Below the pieces are notes generated by a model. The model made no database searches and was not told where the DNA came from. It worked only from the letters and a program-made list of their open reading frames with translations. 64,000 nucleotides of DNA, from contig JBGTGT010000046.1 in the NCBI GenBank assembly GCA_041746575.1, forward strand, positions 32,363 to 96,362, given 5' to 3'. The position numbers and the translations under genes were made by a program. The stretch is from Microcystaceae cyanobacterium (GTDB lineage: Bacteria; Cyanobacteriota; Cyanobacteriia; Cyanobacteriales; Microcystaceae). Shown piece by piece: positions 42,083-54,485 of this stretch (its first letter is position 1; each line of letters starts with the position of its first letter).

Positions 42083-42802
42083 TTACAGTTTGTAAGCAAA
42101 AAACGCTGTTCTTCCTTGAGGTAGTTTGAATTGTCCGTAACTTTCGGATATTTGTACCATAAATCCTTCACTGTTTAAATGGTCAATAATTGTTGAAACC
42201 TCATAGACAGATTGAACATGAACTTCTTCGCTTTTTTGATAATAATTTCCGATTTGACGAAAGGTAATAATTCGTCGGGTTACTTGTTGTTTTGTTAAAT
42301 CGGAAGACTTTTCTACCAAAATAAACCAATCTTGTCCTTCTCTAAATTTCTGTTCTTTTTCTGATGAAAGTAAGGCCAAAGTAGCAATATCAAAGATAAA
42401 GACTCCCCCTCTTTTTAAAGCTTGATAAATACGGGCAAATAACTGAGGTAAAGCATAAGTCCTATCAAACGCATAATTTAAAACTTCACCCACAGCAACC
42501 ACTGCCGTACATTGGGGAATATTTACTTGGTACAAAGAACCCACTTGAAATGAAGCTTTCGGTACTCTTTTTTGAGCAATTTTAATCATTTCCCTAGAAA
42601 TGTCAATACCTAAGACAGTATAAGAAGCCTCACATAATTTTTCAGCTAATAAGCCGCTACCACAGCCTAATTCAACAATCAACTCCTTCGGTTGAACATT
42701 TGCTTGAAGAATGCCTAAAATTTGCGGCGCAGATTGCAGAGCATATTGACTAAATCCGGCATCGTGAATATACGCTAAATCTTTTTGATACCATTGTGTC
42801 AT
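42083..42802 (-). CDS. Class I SAM-dependent methyltransferase
   Basis: VELGCGSG, GIDIS, GGVFIFD. Confidence 0.9.
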   Translation of the reverse strand: MTQWYQKDLAYIHDAGFSQYALQSAPQILGILQANVQPKELIVELGCGSGLLAEKLCEASYTVLGIDISREMIKIAQKRVPKASFQVGSLYQVNIPQCTAVVAVGEVLNYAFDRTYALPQLFARIYQALKRGGVFIFDIATLALLSSEKEQKFREGQDWFILVEKSSDLTKQQVTRRIITFRQIGNYYQKSEEVHVQSVYEVSTIIDHLNSEGFMVQISESYGQFKLPQGRTAFFAYKL

Positions 42803-42805
42803 CGT

Positions 42806-45295
42806 TTACTCCAAAGATTCAATTTTCTTTAATAAATTTTCTCGTAAAGGTTGCAATAATTTATCAAGGTCGGGATCATACTCAGAAGAGTAAAAAACCT
42901 CAGAAAACCAAGGTTTAATCGCCGCATTTTCTAATACTAATAAAAAATCTTTGGGAATGACCCCATCAATGTGCCGCATATTTACACCAAACCCTAATCT
43001 TTCCCGACGATAACGTAAGATGGGAGCTTCTTTTCTTAACCATTGGTCAAAATTATCTGTTTTTTTCATACTTTCAAGAAAATTTTCTTCTAAAGTAGGA
43101 TTTAATTCAGTTTTTGTTGCTGTCATCCACGCCTGTTGAATGAATTCCCGTCTTTGAGCAGGATTGAACCATGCTTGTATTAAAAGGGGTAACGGTTCTG
43201 GGGGAGTTTGTTGTCGGGAGAGTTTTAAAAGTAGATTTGTCTGAGAATTTCCGTTATTTTGCCAATCTTCCTCTGCTTTAGGGATATTCCCTTGCCACCA
43301 ATAAATAGTGCCTCGACAGCGATGGAGATAAGTATTCAAAGCAACTGATAGATTTTTCTGTTGTAGCAATTGGTCGTAATCGACGATAATTTTGTTTAAT
43401 AAAGAGGTATAAATTCCTTGGAGGGAGGTAGAACGCCAAATGGGACTGGTGATAAAAACGGGATCTCTTAATGCCTCTAAAGATAAAGACTCTAGGGCAT
43501 AATCGCTCTTTTGCTGTATTAATAAGCTCAATCCTAACCCATACATCAAGCCACGCTTTGCTGGAACGAGTTGCACTGCTTTACCAAAGTCTGAAGTGGC
43601 TTCACGGGCGTTTTGTTGCAAGCTTAGCCATCCTCGATTACTGCGACCAAATTCTTGATAAGGTGAGGCAATATTGCCCTTATCAAACCAATTAATTGCA
43701 TTATTGAGATATTGCTCTCTTTCTTGAAAATTAGAAGATTCTAAGGCAAAATTACCTAAATTCCATCCTAATTGATAGGGGTAATAGGCTTCCCAAGGGG
43801 CTAGTTCATGAGATTTGCTTAAAAATTGGACAAAAGGGTCTATTTTCTTCTGCTCCAAAGCCGTAAACCCTTGACTCGATAATTGCCAAGCACGATGAAT
43901 CGGCAATAACCAAAGAGACACCACAAAGAGTAAACCAATACCTATCCAAGCTATTATAGGAGAAGTAGAAGAAAGGGAAGGAGAAGGTAAAAAAGAACGT
44001 AAACTGGCTAAATAAATCACAATTATCCCACTGATTGCTATATTGTCTAGTTGATAATCCGTCAGACTCATTACCCCATAGGCTAATAATCCTCCCGTTA
44101 GACACCAAAAAAGAATCTCTAAAGATAGAGAAATGTCATTTTTCCCTTTAACCTGTATGAATTGATAAATAAGCCAAATTAAACCTAAAGCACTGCTAAT
44201 TAATCCCAAAATGCCCCATAAGCCCATTTCTGCCCATAGTTGAACGGGGGTGCTATGAAGTTGAAACACCATTTCTGATTCTCGCCCTGCCCAGAAAGGA
44301 CGGTATTTTTGGTACAATTGGGGAACATTACCTAAGCCCGCCCCTGTAAAAGGGTTACTTTTGCCCATATTCCAACCAATAACGCCGTTAATATACCGAA
44401 ATCCTAATTCTCCTCCTCCTTTACCTTGTAAAATCGAAAAAATTAAAATTCTAAAGCGATTATTTAGCAAAGTAAAAGTTAAAAGAGCAAATACTGCACT
44501 CAATCCCCCCAATCCTATCCATTTCTTTGGCAAGCGACTACGAACGAGGAGAATAACGATTCCCCATCCGCAGAGTATCAACAATCCTAACAATCCTCCC
44601 CGCGAACTGGTCGTATATAGGTCTATTAAGCCCAAAATAAAGCCAATTATCCAAAGTTTACGAAGCCATCCTCGATGTATCAAGCTCAATCCCGCTAATA
44701 AGGGCAATACGAGTAATAAGTAACCTGCCACATAGTTTTGATGTCCTAACGGAACCCAATTTCGCAACACAAGGTCAGAAAAATCAAAGACAACCTCTAT
44801 CCCTGCCTGTTTTAAACGATTAAGACGACTCAGTTCAGGAATAAGGGTTTGACCTATCCAAAGAATTAAACTAATTAAAATAAAAGCAAAACTGAGATAA
44901 CCTTGAAAAATGAGAAGATTTTGTTTATTTTCTGCCACGAATTGACGATAGGTCAACCCATATAAAGCGGCGATATAGCCCAATGCACTCCAGCTATACC
45001 ACTTTGCGGGTTGCGGAAATTCGGCGAAAACAGCAGAAATAACTAACCCTAATCCCATCAAAACGACTAAACTATCCCAAACTAACCCTAAGCGTTGAAA
45101 TTTACCTTGTGCAATTAACCAAATTAACCAAATAATCGGACAAATAAGTCCAATTTGCCAAAAAAGTACCCATGGCCACTGCACCATTAGGCTATGACTA
45201 TTAGGAATTAGGGTAAAGAAAATATAAAAAAAGGCAATAAGAAGGGGAATTAATTTACCCTTAGAAGGGGATGATTCTGAAGAAATAGCAGTCAT
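42806..45295 (-). CDS. O-antigen ligase/Wzy_C family membrane protein with TPR-like C-terminus
   Basis: GHQNYVAG, TSSRGG, PFTGAGLG, HSTPVQLWAEMGLWG. Confidence 0.88.
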   Translation of the reverse strand: MTAISSESSPSKGKLIPLLIAFFYIFFTLIPNSHSLMVQWPWVLFWQIGLICPIIWLIWLIAQGKFQRLGLVWDSLVVLMGLGLVISAVFAEFPQPAKWYSWSALGYIAALYGLTYRQFVAENKQNLLIFQGYLSFAFILISLILWIGQTLIPELSRLNRLKQAGIEVVFDFSDLVLRNWVPLGHQNYVAGYLLLVLPLLAGLSLIHRGWLRKLWIIGFILGLIDLYTTSSRGGLLGLLILCGWGIVILLVRSRLPKKWIGLGGLSAVFALLTFTLLNNRFRILIFSILQGKGGGELGFRYINGVIGWNMGKSNPFTGAGLGNVPQLYQKYRPFWAGRESEMVFQLHSTPVQLWAEMGLWGILGLISSALGLIWLIYQFIQVKGKNDISLSLEILFWCLTGGLLAYGVMSLTDYQLDNIAISGIIVIYLASLRSFLPSPSLSSTSPIIAWIGIGLLFVVSLWLLPIHRAWQLSSQGFTALEQKKIDPFVQFLSKSHELAPWEAYYPYQLGWNLGNFALESSNFQEREQYLNNAINWFDKGNIASPYQEFGRSNRGWLSLQQNAREATSDFGKAVQLVPAKRGLMYGLGLSLLIQQKSDYALESLSLEALRDPVFITSPIWRSTSLQGIYTSLLNKIIVDYDQLLQQKNLSVALNTYLHRCRGTIYWWQGNIPKAEEDWQNNGNSQTNLLLKLSRQQTPPEPLPLLIQAWFNPAQRREFIQQAWMTATKTELNPTLEENFLESMKKTDNFDQWLRKEAPILRYRRERLGFGVNMRHIDGVIPKDFLLVLENAAIKPWFSEVFYSSEYDPDLDKLLQPLRENLLKKIESLE

Positions 45296-45607
45296 AGAAT
45301 TGGGTTAGTTGTCAGACAGTTTAAGGGTTAGGATAGGCAACAGTTGCTATGTCCTAACCTTACATTATCGTTAATTTTACCCGATCATCTTTGCTCTAAA
45401 GACTTAATAAAACTTATCCTTCAGGATTAAGAGATAATTGCTCTATTGACCTTGGGGTTCTCTTTATTAATAATAATAGGATTTACTAATCTTCACGCTC
45501 CAATTTGCAATGTCTGAATCCCCTTTCCCTTCCTTCAATTCTGGCAATATCTCACCAGTTTTTACTGAGTTTAACACAAGCTATTGGATTGGGTCATTCT
45601 TAAACTT

Positions 45608-46135
45608 TTAAAACTGAATATAATACATTAACTGAGCAATGAATTGACCATCTAGGCTTAATCGTTGTTGGAAGTTGGCTAAATTTTGATACTTTCCCTC
45701 TGCCTGACGATGATCGATAATTTGTTCAATTAGTTTGGAACTTAACAAGGGAAGAGTCTGTAATTCTTCTCTAGAAGCTAAGTTAATATTTACTTTTTGA
45801 GGCATTACTAAGCTGTCTGAATCACAATAACAAAAATCAAGAATTGGCATTAAAGGTTGTAAGCGTTGAGGGGTAATATTTAAAGCGGTTGCCATATCTT
45901 CTATCGAGAGAAATTGAACGCCATTGCTCCTTAATTCTACTAATAATCTTGCTTGATGAATCGAAAAGAAAGGCAATCTTAACCAATCGTCTATCGTAGC
46001 AGAATTGACGTCAATTTTAATGCCTAATTCTGAAGCGATCGCTATTTCTTCTAAGTTTTTGAAGCGATAGTAAGGATCGTTTAGTATTTTGCGTTTAAGG
46101 GGATTTATTTTATGACTTAAATGGGAAAAAAACAT
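45608..46135 (-). CDS. Helix-hairpin-helix (ComEA-like) DNA-binding protein
   Basis: IDVNSATIDDWLRLP and KVNINLASREELQTLP. Confidence 0.85.
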   Translation of the reverse strand: MFFSHLSHKINPLKRKILNDPYYRFKNLEEIAIASELGIKIDVNSATIDDWLRLPFFSIHQARLLVELRSNGVQFLSIEDMATALNITPQRLQPLMPILDFCYCDSDSLVMPQKVNINLASREELQTLPLLSSKLIEQIIDHRQAEGKYQNLANFQQRLSLDGQFIAQLMYYIQF

Positions 46136-46173
46136 TTAATTTTACTTTGAATTTTATTTAAAATCTTAATCAA

Positions 46174-46560
46174 TTAACCGAGTAATTGACGACGTTTTTG
46201 TTCAAATTCATAATCAGAAACTAAGCCATCTTCTCTCAATTTCTCTAAGTCTCGTAACGCTTCTACCATGGCTTTCATCTGTCGGGGATCAACCCCTGTT
46301 AACTGTTGATAAGGTTCTTCTGTTAAATTAAATTGACGCTCAAAGGGTTCTTCTCCTTGCACAATATACCAAACGGCATCGATGGCGCAAGCAATCCGAG
46401 GAATCGGCGTATTCCATAATAGTAAATAAATCACTGCCCAAATCGGTTGTCCCATATAAAACTTATGAAGTCCAGCAATCGGAATGGGTAGCATTGCCGA
46501 AGTAAGTGCCATCATAATCGCTACTTTGCGATTTTTTCGATGATTGAACCCTTTTTCCAT
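46174..46560 (-). CDS. NINE/TM2-domain protein with SHOCT tail
   Basis: GLHKFYMGQ; LEKLREDGLVSDYEFEQKRRQLL. Confidence 0.88.
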   Translation of the reverse strand: MEKGFNHRKNRKVAIMMALTSAMLPIPIAGLHKFYMGQPIWAVIYLLLWNTPIPRIACAIDAVWYIVQGEEPFERQFNLTEEPYQQLTGVDPRQMKAMVEALRDLEKLREDGLVSDYEFEQKRRQLLG

Positions 46561-46760
46561 AATTCATTTTACTGACAATTAAAGACAATCTTAATAGTTA
46601 ACCAAAATAGGTAGGGTTATTTAAGTGAACAATGAAAGCAAAGTGAGTTAATATCATACACCTCTGAGCGCAAACCTTGCACTCCTCCTTTTTTCTCCTT
46701 TTGCAGTAACTAATAAGGGTGCCTGGAAGAATTTTCAACGCCTGACTGCTCTTACAGGAT

Positions 46761-47219
46761 TTAAGGATTGAGGATAGAAGATAAAGCGTGATTTGCTAAA
46801 GCAACACAATGAAAATCAACAATTTCTTCATTTTCTGTCGGTATCAGACTTTGAACCATTAATTCTTGGCAAGTATTATCAGGATTGGCTACCATGACTC
46901 GTGCAGTATAGCCGTTTTGTAGTACTTCTTGGCGATCGCAACTTTCGTAAGCATAAATAATCAAGAGATCCCCCGCTTGACAGAGTAAGGCCGCACCTCC
47001 ATTGGGACAAATCTCTTTTTCTCCCCGTTTTCCCGGAATTGCATAGGTAGAAAAGCGATTTCCATTATTAAGGTTAATTACATCGACTTCTTCTAGCGGT
47101 AAAATGCCCACTTGTTCTAATAAATCGGGATCTATAGTAATACTGCCAACATAATTGACATTTGCTTCTGTTACCGTCACCCGATGCAGTTTAGCGTGCA
47201 TTAACCGAATGTTACCCAT
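46761..47219 (-). CDS. panD: Aspartate 1-decarboxylase
   Basis: [16 protein letters not shown] (G/S self-cleavage site), [13 protein letters not shown]. Confidence 0.96.
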   Translation of the reverse strand: MGNIRLMHAKLHRVTVTEANVNYVGSITIDPDLLEQVGILPLEEVDVINLNNGNRFSTYAIPGKRGEKEICPNGGAALLCQAGDLLIIYAYESCDRQEVLQNGYTARVMVANPDNTCQELMVQSLIPTENEEIVDFHCVALANHALSSILNP

Positions 47220-47341
47220 AGGTTATTAAATCGTAAATTCAATCGTCAGTTTAATTCAATTCTAGTCTTTTAAACAGTGTAACAATGAACAATAATCAGT
47301 AATTAAAGAGGTGTGATGGGTGAGGTTTAACATTTCCCGAC

Positions 47342-48172
47342 TTAAGGTTCGATGCGAATAACATAAGGGAAAGATCCCTGTAAAGCGTTAAACCATTTTT
47401 CTTGAAGTTGGCGATTTTGAGAACCGGCGATAGTTTCATCAACAAATTGTTTCCAAGATGACTCATTTTGGGGCAAAATACAAGCATAAAGTTCGGTTGT
47501 CATGGGAACACGAGGAGTTAAGGCGTAATCATCGGGATCTTTACCTTCTGCGACGACTTCTGCAATCAGTAAAATGCCGTCACTGGCTACCGCTATCACT
47601 TGATCTTGATTAAGTTTTTTTAAGCCTTCTTGACGATCGCGAACAGATACCCAATGAGCGAAAGGATATACTTGACGAATAATGATATCGGTGGTGGTGT
47701 TGGGAATATAAGCAATTTTTTGCTCTTTTAAGGTACTATTAAGATTAAATTGATTAATATTGCCTGTTTTAACTAAAAACTGTGTGCCTGTCATGAAGAA
47801 AGGGACAGAGAAGTCGACCTTTTCTAATCTTTCTTGGGTAATTGTGGTGGCACCGCAAACGATATCTACTTTTTTGTCTTTAACGGCATCGAAACGCTCA
47901 TTAATCGTCACTGCTTCCATTTCTAATTTAATGGACTTTCCGAGTTTTTTTTCTAATTCATGATGAATTAAATGGAGCAAATCCACCGAATATCCTTGCC
48001 ATTTACCGTCAGTATCAACGAATCCAAAAGGAACAGCATCTTTTCTAGCACCAACTGTTAAAATGCCTGTTTTTTCCACTTTTTCTAAGATTGTTTCTGC
48101 CCAAACCTTGAGAGGAAAGGTTGTTAAGAGACAAACCGTTAAAAGTGTAACCGCACTTGCTTTTAATTTCAT
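47342..48172 (-). CDS. Amino-acid ABC-type substrate-binding protein (SBP family 3), no adjacent permease
   Basis: Signal peptide, RKDAVPFGF, GYSVDL, DIVCGATTIT.ER..VDFS. Confidence 0.88.
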   Translation of the reverse strand: MKLKASAVTLLTVCLLTTFPLKVWAETILEKVEKTGILTVGARKDAVPFGFVDTDGKWQGYSVDLLHLIHHELEKKLGKSIKLEMEAVTINERFDAVKDKKVDIVCGATTITQERLEKVDFSVPFFMTGTQFLVKTGNINQFNLNSTLKEQKIAYIPNTTTDIIIRQVYPFAHWVSVRDRQEGLKKLNQDQVIAVASDGILLIAEVVAEGKDPDDYALTPRVPMTTELYACILPQNESSWKQFVDETIAGSQNRQLQEKWFNALQGSFPYVIRIEP

Positions 48173-48324
48173 CGTTTAATTCAACTTAAAAAAATTTCAA
48201 TCCTTAGTTTACCTGAAAATAACCTTAAAATTAGCTGAAGAGCCGAATGATTTGCGGAAAACGATTTTAGTATTTGAAGCATTCCATGAATCCTTTCAAT
48301 ACTTTAGTTTAAGGCAGTAAGTTT

Positions 48325-49800
48325 ATGTCAGAAGTAAATGGCGTAATGATGCAGTATTTCCATTGGTATATTGACTCCAATTTAATCCTATGGAATGACC
48401 TAAAAAACAAGGCGCAAGACTTAGCAGAGGCAGGTTTTACCGCTTTATGGTTACCGCCTGCCTATAAAGGTGCTAATGGCACTTACGATGTTGGTTATGC
48501 CGTCTATGATATGTATGACCTCGGCGAATTTGCTCAAAAAGGTACTATTCGCACAAAATACGGCACAAAAGAGCAATATTTGGACGCGATCAACGCCTTA
48601 CATCAGGTAGGGATTCAAGTCTATGGCGATGTGGTGCTTAATCACCGAATTGGGGCGGACGAAACCGAAGTGGCGAATGCACTCCCTGTGGATAAAAATA
48701 GCCGCAATATTGCAAAAGGCGGCATCAAAGAGATAGAATCCTACACAAAGTTTTATTTTCCCGGACGTGGGGAGAAATATTCCAATTTTAAGTGGCAGTG
48801 GTGGCATTTTGATGCGGTAGATTATGATGCGAGAACAGGGGATAGTAGTTGCCTGTATGTATTTGAGGGCAAAACTCTCGATGACTATGTTGCCTTAGAA
48901 TTCGGCAATTTTGACTATTTAATGGGGGCTGATCTTGATTTCGGGCATAAAGATGTACGAGAAGAAGTGACACGCTGGGGCAAATGGTATCTCGATACAA
49001 CTGGGGCAGATGGTTTTCGACTTGATGCCATTAAACATATTGCCGCTTGGTTTTTCCGAGATTGGTTAGACGAAATGCGCAATTATGCAGGGAAAGATTT
49101 ATTTGTCGTCGGGGAATACTGGGCAAATGATCGAGTGGCGTTACACTGGTATCTTGAACAGTTACAAGGAAAAATGAGCGTTTTTGACGTTCCTCTGCAT
49201 TATAACTTCCATCAAGCGAGTCGCTCAGGCGGAGGCTATAATATGCGGGATATTCTGCAAGGAACATTGATGAAGGAACGGCCTTGGAATGCAGTTACCT
49301 TGGTCGAAAATCATGATTCTCAGCCCTTACAAGCCCTAGAATCCCCCGTAGAAGACTGGTTTAAACCCCTTGCTTATGCAATCATATTGTTACGTCGAGA
49401 AGGTTATCCTTGTGTTTTCTATGCCGATTATTATGGGGCAGAATATGAAGATAAAGGCAAAGATGGCAACACTTATAAAATTACCTTAGCCTCTCATCGT
49501 CCTATCATTGACAAATTACTCTATGCTCGCAAACATTACGCCTATGGCGAGCAGTACGACTATTTCGACCACTTTAATACGATAGGATGGACTCGCTTAG
49601 GTAATGACGAACATCCGAAAGCAATGGCGGTTATTATGACTGATGCAGATGCCGGACAAAAATGGATGAATGTCGGTAAACCCAATGCTAAGTTCATTGA
49701 CATTACCGAACACCATCAAGATCTTATCCACACTAATGATGATGGATGGGCAGAATTCCGCTGTAATGGCGGATCTGTCTCCGTTTGGGTCGAGAAATAG
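48325..49800 (+). CDS. amyA: Alpha-amylase (GH13, cytoplasmic AmyA type)
   Basis: MMQYFHWY, DVVLNH, GFRLDAIKH, GEYW, VENHD, SVSVW. Confidence 0.93.
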   Translation: MSEVNGVMMQYFHWYIDSNLILWNDLKNKAQDLAEAGFTALWLPPAYKGANGTYDVGYAVYDMYDLGEFAQKGTIRTKYGTKEQYLDAINALHQVGIQVYGDVVLNHRIGADETEVANALPVDKNSRNIAKGGIKEIESYTKFYFPGRGEKYSNFKWQWWHFDAVDYDARTGDSSCLYVFEGKTLDDYVALEFGNFDYLMGADLDFGHKDVREEVTRWGKWYLDTTGADGFRLDAIKHIAAWFFRDWLDEMRNYAGKDLFVVGEYWANDRVALHWYLEQLQGKMSVFDVPLHYNFHQASRSGGGYNMRDILQGTLMKERPWNAVTLVENHDSQPLQALESPVEDWFKPLAYAIILLRREGYPCVFYADYYGAEYEDKGKDGNTYKITLASHRPIIDKLLYARKHYAYGEQYDYFDHFNTIGWTRLGNDEHPKAMAVIMTDADAGQKWMNVGKPNAKFIDITEHHQDLIHTNDDGWAEFRCNGGSVSVWVEK

Positions 49801-49897
49801 CCAAGAATAATCACTATGATCAATGTTTCCCCTCTACTCCCCATGCCAAGGTTGGTTAATCAGAAAATTCGCTCAATTCTGCCCTAAGAGCTTAACG

Positions 49898-50071
49898 TTA
49901 ATTGTTTCCACCTTCAGGAAGAGGGGTAGGGGTGATTTCTTCGGTCACGGGAGGAGTGGCATCATCCTCTATTTCTACCTCTCGATCTCCGTCACAGGCG
50001 GCTGTCAGAGCTGTTAAACCAACGACTAGCAATAAACCGACACTCTGAGAAGCAAGTTTCTTATAATTCAT
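49898..50071 (-). CDS. Small acidic lipoprotein (57 aa)
   Basis: GGAGG RBS; MNYKKL plus hydrophobic core and lipobox LTAAC; acidic/Pro-rich mature part. Confidence 0.75.
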   Translation of the reverse strand: MNYKKLASQSVGLLLVVGLTALTAACDGDREVEIEDDATPPVTEEITPTPLPEGGNN

Positions 50072-50240
50072 GTGTACCTCCTGTAGCACAATTTAAAGCA
50101 TGATATTGTTCATGACAACTAGCTATTGTAGCGAATTTTGTCTTTTAAAGATTGAGGAAAAATCAATTTCTAAATCCGCCTAAAAGTGATACAATAAACC
50201 CAAAAAATTGCCCCGTTTTTCCACCCCATTTAAACCAAAT

Positions 50241-50636
50241 ATGGAAGAGTCTCTAACTCCCCTTTCTGAGCAGGAATCCCTAGAGCCTCAGCATGAAATG
50301 ACTCGCACCCCTCCTTGGGGAACGGTTACGATGCTAGAGGAAGGCTCGCGCTACCGGATCAACCGTATTGAAATCAAACCGGGTCACCACATGAGTACCC
50401 AACTGCATTATCATCGCAGTGAACACTGGATTGTCGTCTCTGGCACAGCAAAAGTCATTTGTGATGGACAAGAAAAGCTCCTGAAACAAAAAGAATCGAC
50501 CTATGTTCCCATGAATACTCAACATCGAGTTGAAAACCCCGGTGTGATTCCGCTAGTCATGATTGAAGTGCAGAATGGCGAATACTTAGGAGATGATGAT
50601 ATCATCCGTTTTGGCGATGCGGAAAGTGGTTTTTAG
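50241..50636 (+). CDS. Cupin, mannose-6-phosphate isomerase type II C-terminal domain
   Basis: PWG, STQLHYHRSEHWIVVSG, HRVENPG, IEVQNGEYLGDDDI. Confidence 0.9.
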   Translation: MEESLTPLSEQESLEPQHEMTRTPPWGTVTMLEEGSRYRINRIEIKPGHHMSTQLHYHRSEHWIVVSGTAKVICDGQEKLLKQKESTYVPMNTQHRVENPGVIPLVMIEVQNGEYLGDDDIIRFGDAESGF

Positions 50637-50865
50637 AGTATGACGGTGTTAGATTTGTCTAAATTGAATTGCCGATAGATAAAATATCGCTACGCATTTG
50701 AGTTAGGTCTTTTTCAAAAATGAAAACGCTTCCGTAAACTTTTGCCTCGTCTATAGGGCGAGATATTGCTTTTTACCCCTTTTTTATTTTAAGTTTATGT
50801 AAAACCCATTTACTCACCCTACCTTATCTGAATGGGACATAACCATCATAAGGGATCACCCATCT

Positions 50866-51444
50866 ATGAAACGACTGATGATTGCCACAAGCAACTCCGG
50901 TAAGCTTAAAGAAATCAAAGCGTATTTTAATGATTCTTGCTGGGAAATAGTGATAAAACCGCCAGAAATCGAAATTGAAGAAACCGGAAAAACTTTTTTA
51001 GAAAATGCTTGTTTAAAAGCTTCTCAGGTGGCAAAATATACCGAAGAATGGGTAATTGCGGATGATTCTGGTTTAGCGGTAGATGCCCTACAGGGTGCGC
51101 CGGGAGTTTATTCGGCTCGTTACGGCGACAGCGATAATAATCGTATCAAGCGATTGTTAAGGGAATTAGGGAGCAATTCTGAGCGTTCTGCCCAATTTGT
51201 CTGTGCGATCGCGATTTCTCGTCCCGATGGTTCAATTGCTCTCACCACAGAAGGCATTTGCCTCGGTGAAATTCTTTATGCACCTCAAGGTCAAATGGGG
51301 TTTGGTTATGATCCGGTTTTTTATGTCCCCGACTATCAATTAACCTTTGCCGAAATGCCAGTAGACTTAAAACACCGCGTGAGTCACCGAGGTAGAGCAT
51401 TTGAGCAGTTGATGCCTAAATTAAAAAAACTTAACCTAAAATAG
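50866..51444 (+). CDS. rdgB: Non-canonical purine NTP pyrophosphatase
   Basis: ATSNSGK, ADDSGL, PGVYSARY, GFGYDP, SHRGRA. Confidence 0.95.
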   Translation: MKRLMIATSNSGKLKEIKAYFNDSCWEIVIKPPEIEIEETGKTFLENACLKASQVAKYTEEWVIADDSGLAVDALQGAPGVYSARYGDSDNNRIKRLLRELGSNSERSAQFVCAIAISRPDGSIALTTEGICLGEILYAPQGQMGFGYDPVFYVPDYQLTFAEMPVDLKHRVSHRGRAFEQLMPKLKKLNLK

Positions 51445-51620
51445 TTTTGTTCTAGTTTATTCTAATCGAAAATTGAAAAACCTCAGATTCAGTGACCAAA
51501 GGTGTCAACGGAGATGGCATCATATAGGTTATGACTTAAATTTCCCTGAGCATTCAAGCCCTAAAGGGAAAACAGCTTTAAAAAACGCCATGACCCCTTT
51601 AACGTAACACTAGGAGAACA

Positions 51621-52106
51621 ATGATCAAGCGATTTTTTTGGGTAGCCGTTGCTACAGTTCTTTTTATCTTCCAATTCAACATTAACAGTGCTAATGCGCT
51701 AGAATTTACTGAAGAAACCCGTACTATTCCCCTAAATGAATCAGGAGAAACAGTCGTTCTCAGTGACGAAGAAGTGACACAGGGTTCACGATTGTTTATC
51801 CAAAATTGTACCAAGTGTCATTTACAGGGTAAAACCAAAACCAACAATAACGTCAGTCTCGGACTGAGTGATCTGGCGAAAGCAGAACCTCCACGGGATA
51901 ATCTCTTTGCCTTAGTGGATTATCTCAACCATCCCACCAGTTACGACGGAGAAGACGATTACACTGAACTTCATCCCAATGTTGGCCGTCCAGATATTTG
52001 GCCAGAATTGAAAAATTTGACAGATCAGGATGTCTATGATGTAGCGGGATATATGTTGGTTGCACCGAGGCTCGATGATCGTTGGGGCGGTAGCATCTAT
52101 TTCTAG
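51621..52106 (+). CDS. psbV: Photosystem II cytochrome c550
   Basis: Signal peptide, CTKCH heme motif, GKTKTNNNVSLG, SYDGEDDYTELHP (His axial ligand), RWGGSIYF. Confidence 0.95.
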   Translation: MIKRFFWVAVATVLFIFQFNINSANALEFTEETRTIPLNESGETVVLSDEEVTQGSRLFIQNCTKCHLQGKTKTNNNVSLGLSDLAKAEPPRDNLFALVDYLNHPTSYDGEDDYTELHPNVGRPDIWPELKNLTDQDVYDVAGYMLVAPRLDDRWGGSIYF

Positions 52107-52179
52107 AGTATATTTGCCTTAATTTAGGCTTTTTTAGCCCGCCTTAGCGGGCTTTATCCATCTTAAGACAAAATTGACC

Positions 52180-54409
<2,230 letters not shown>

Positions 54410-54485
54410 GATTTATGATGTTTTTCTTTAGGTACACCTTTGGGCGTAAATCTTGCACTCTTACTATCAATCATGTACCTCATCA

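Noticed and set aside
45510..45611. 33-codon ORF MSESPFPSFNSG..
   Set aside because: No RBS or recognisable homology; may be chance or a remnant
51621..52106. Possible psbV2 (cytochrome c550-like paralog)
   Set aside because: It has the ELHP His ligand and RWGG.IYF end of canonical PsbV, so it was called psbV
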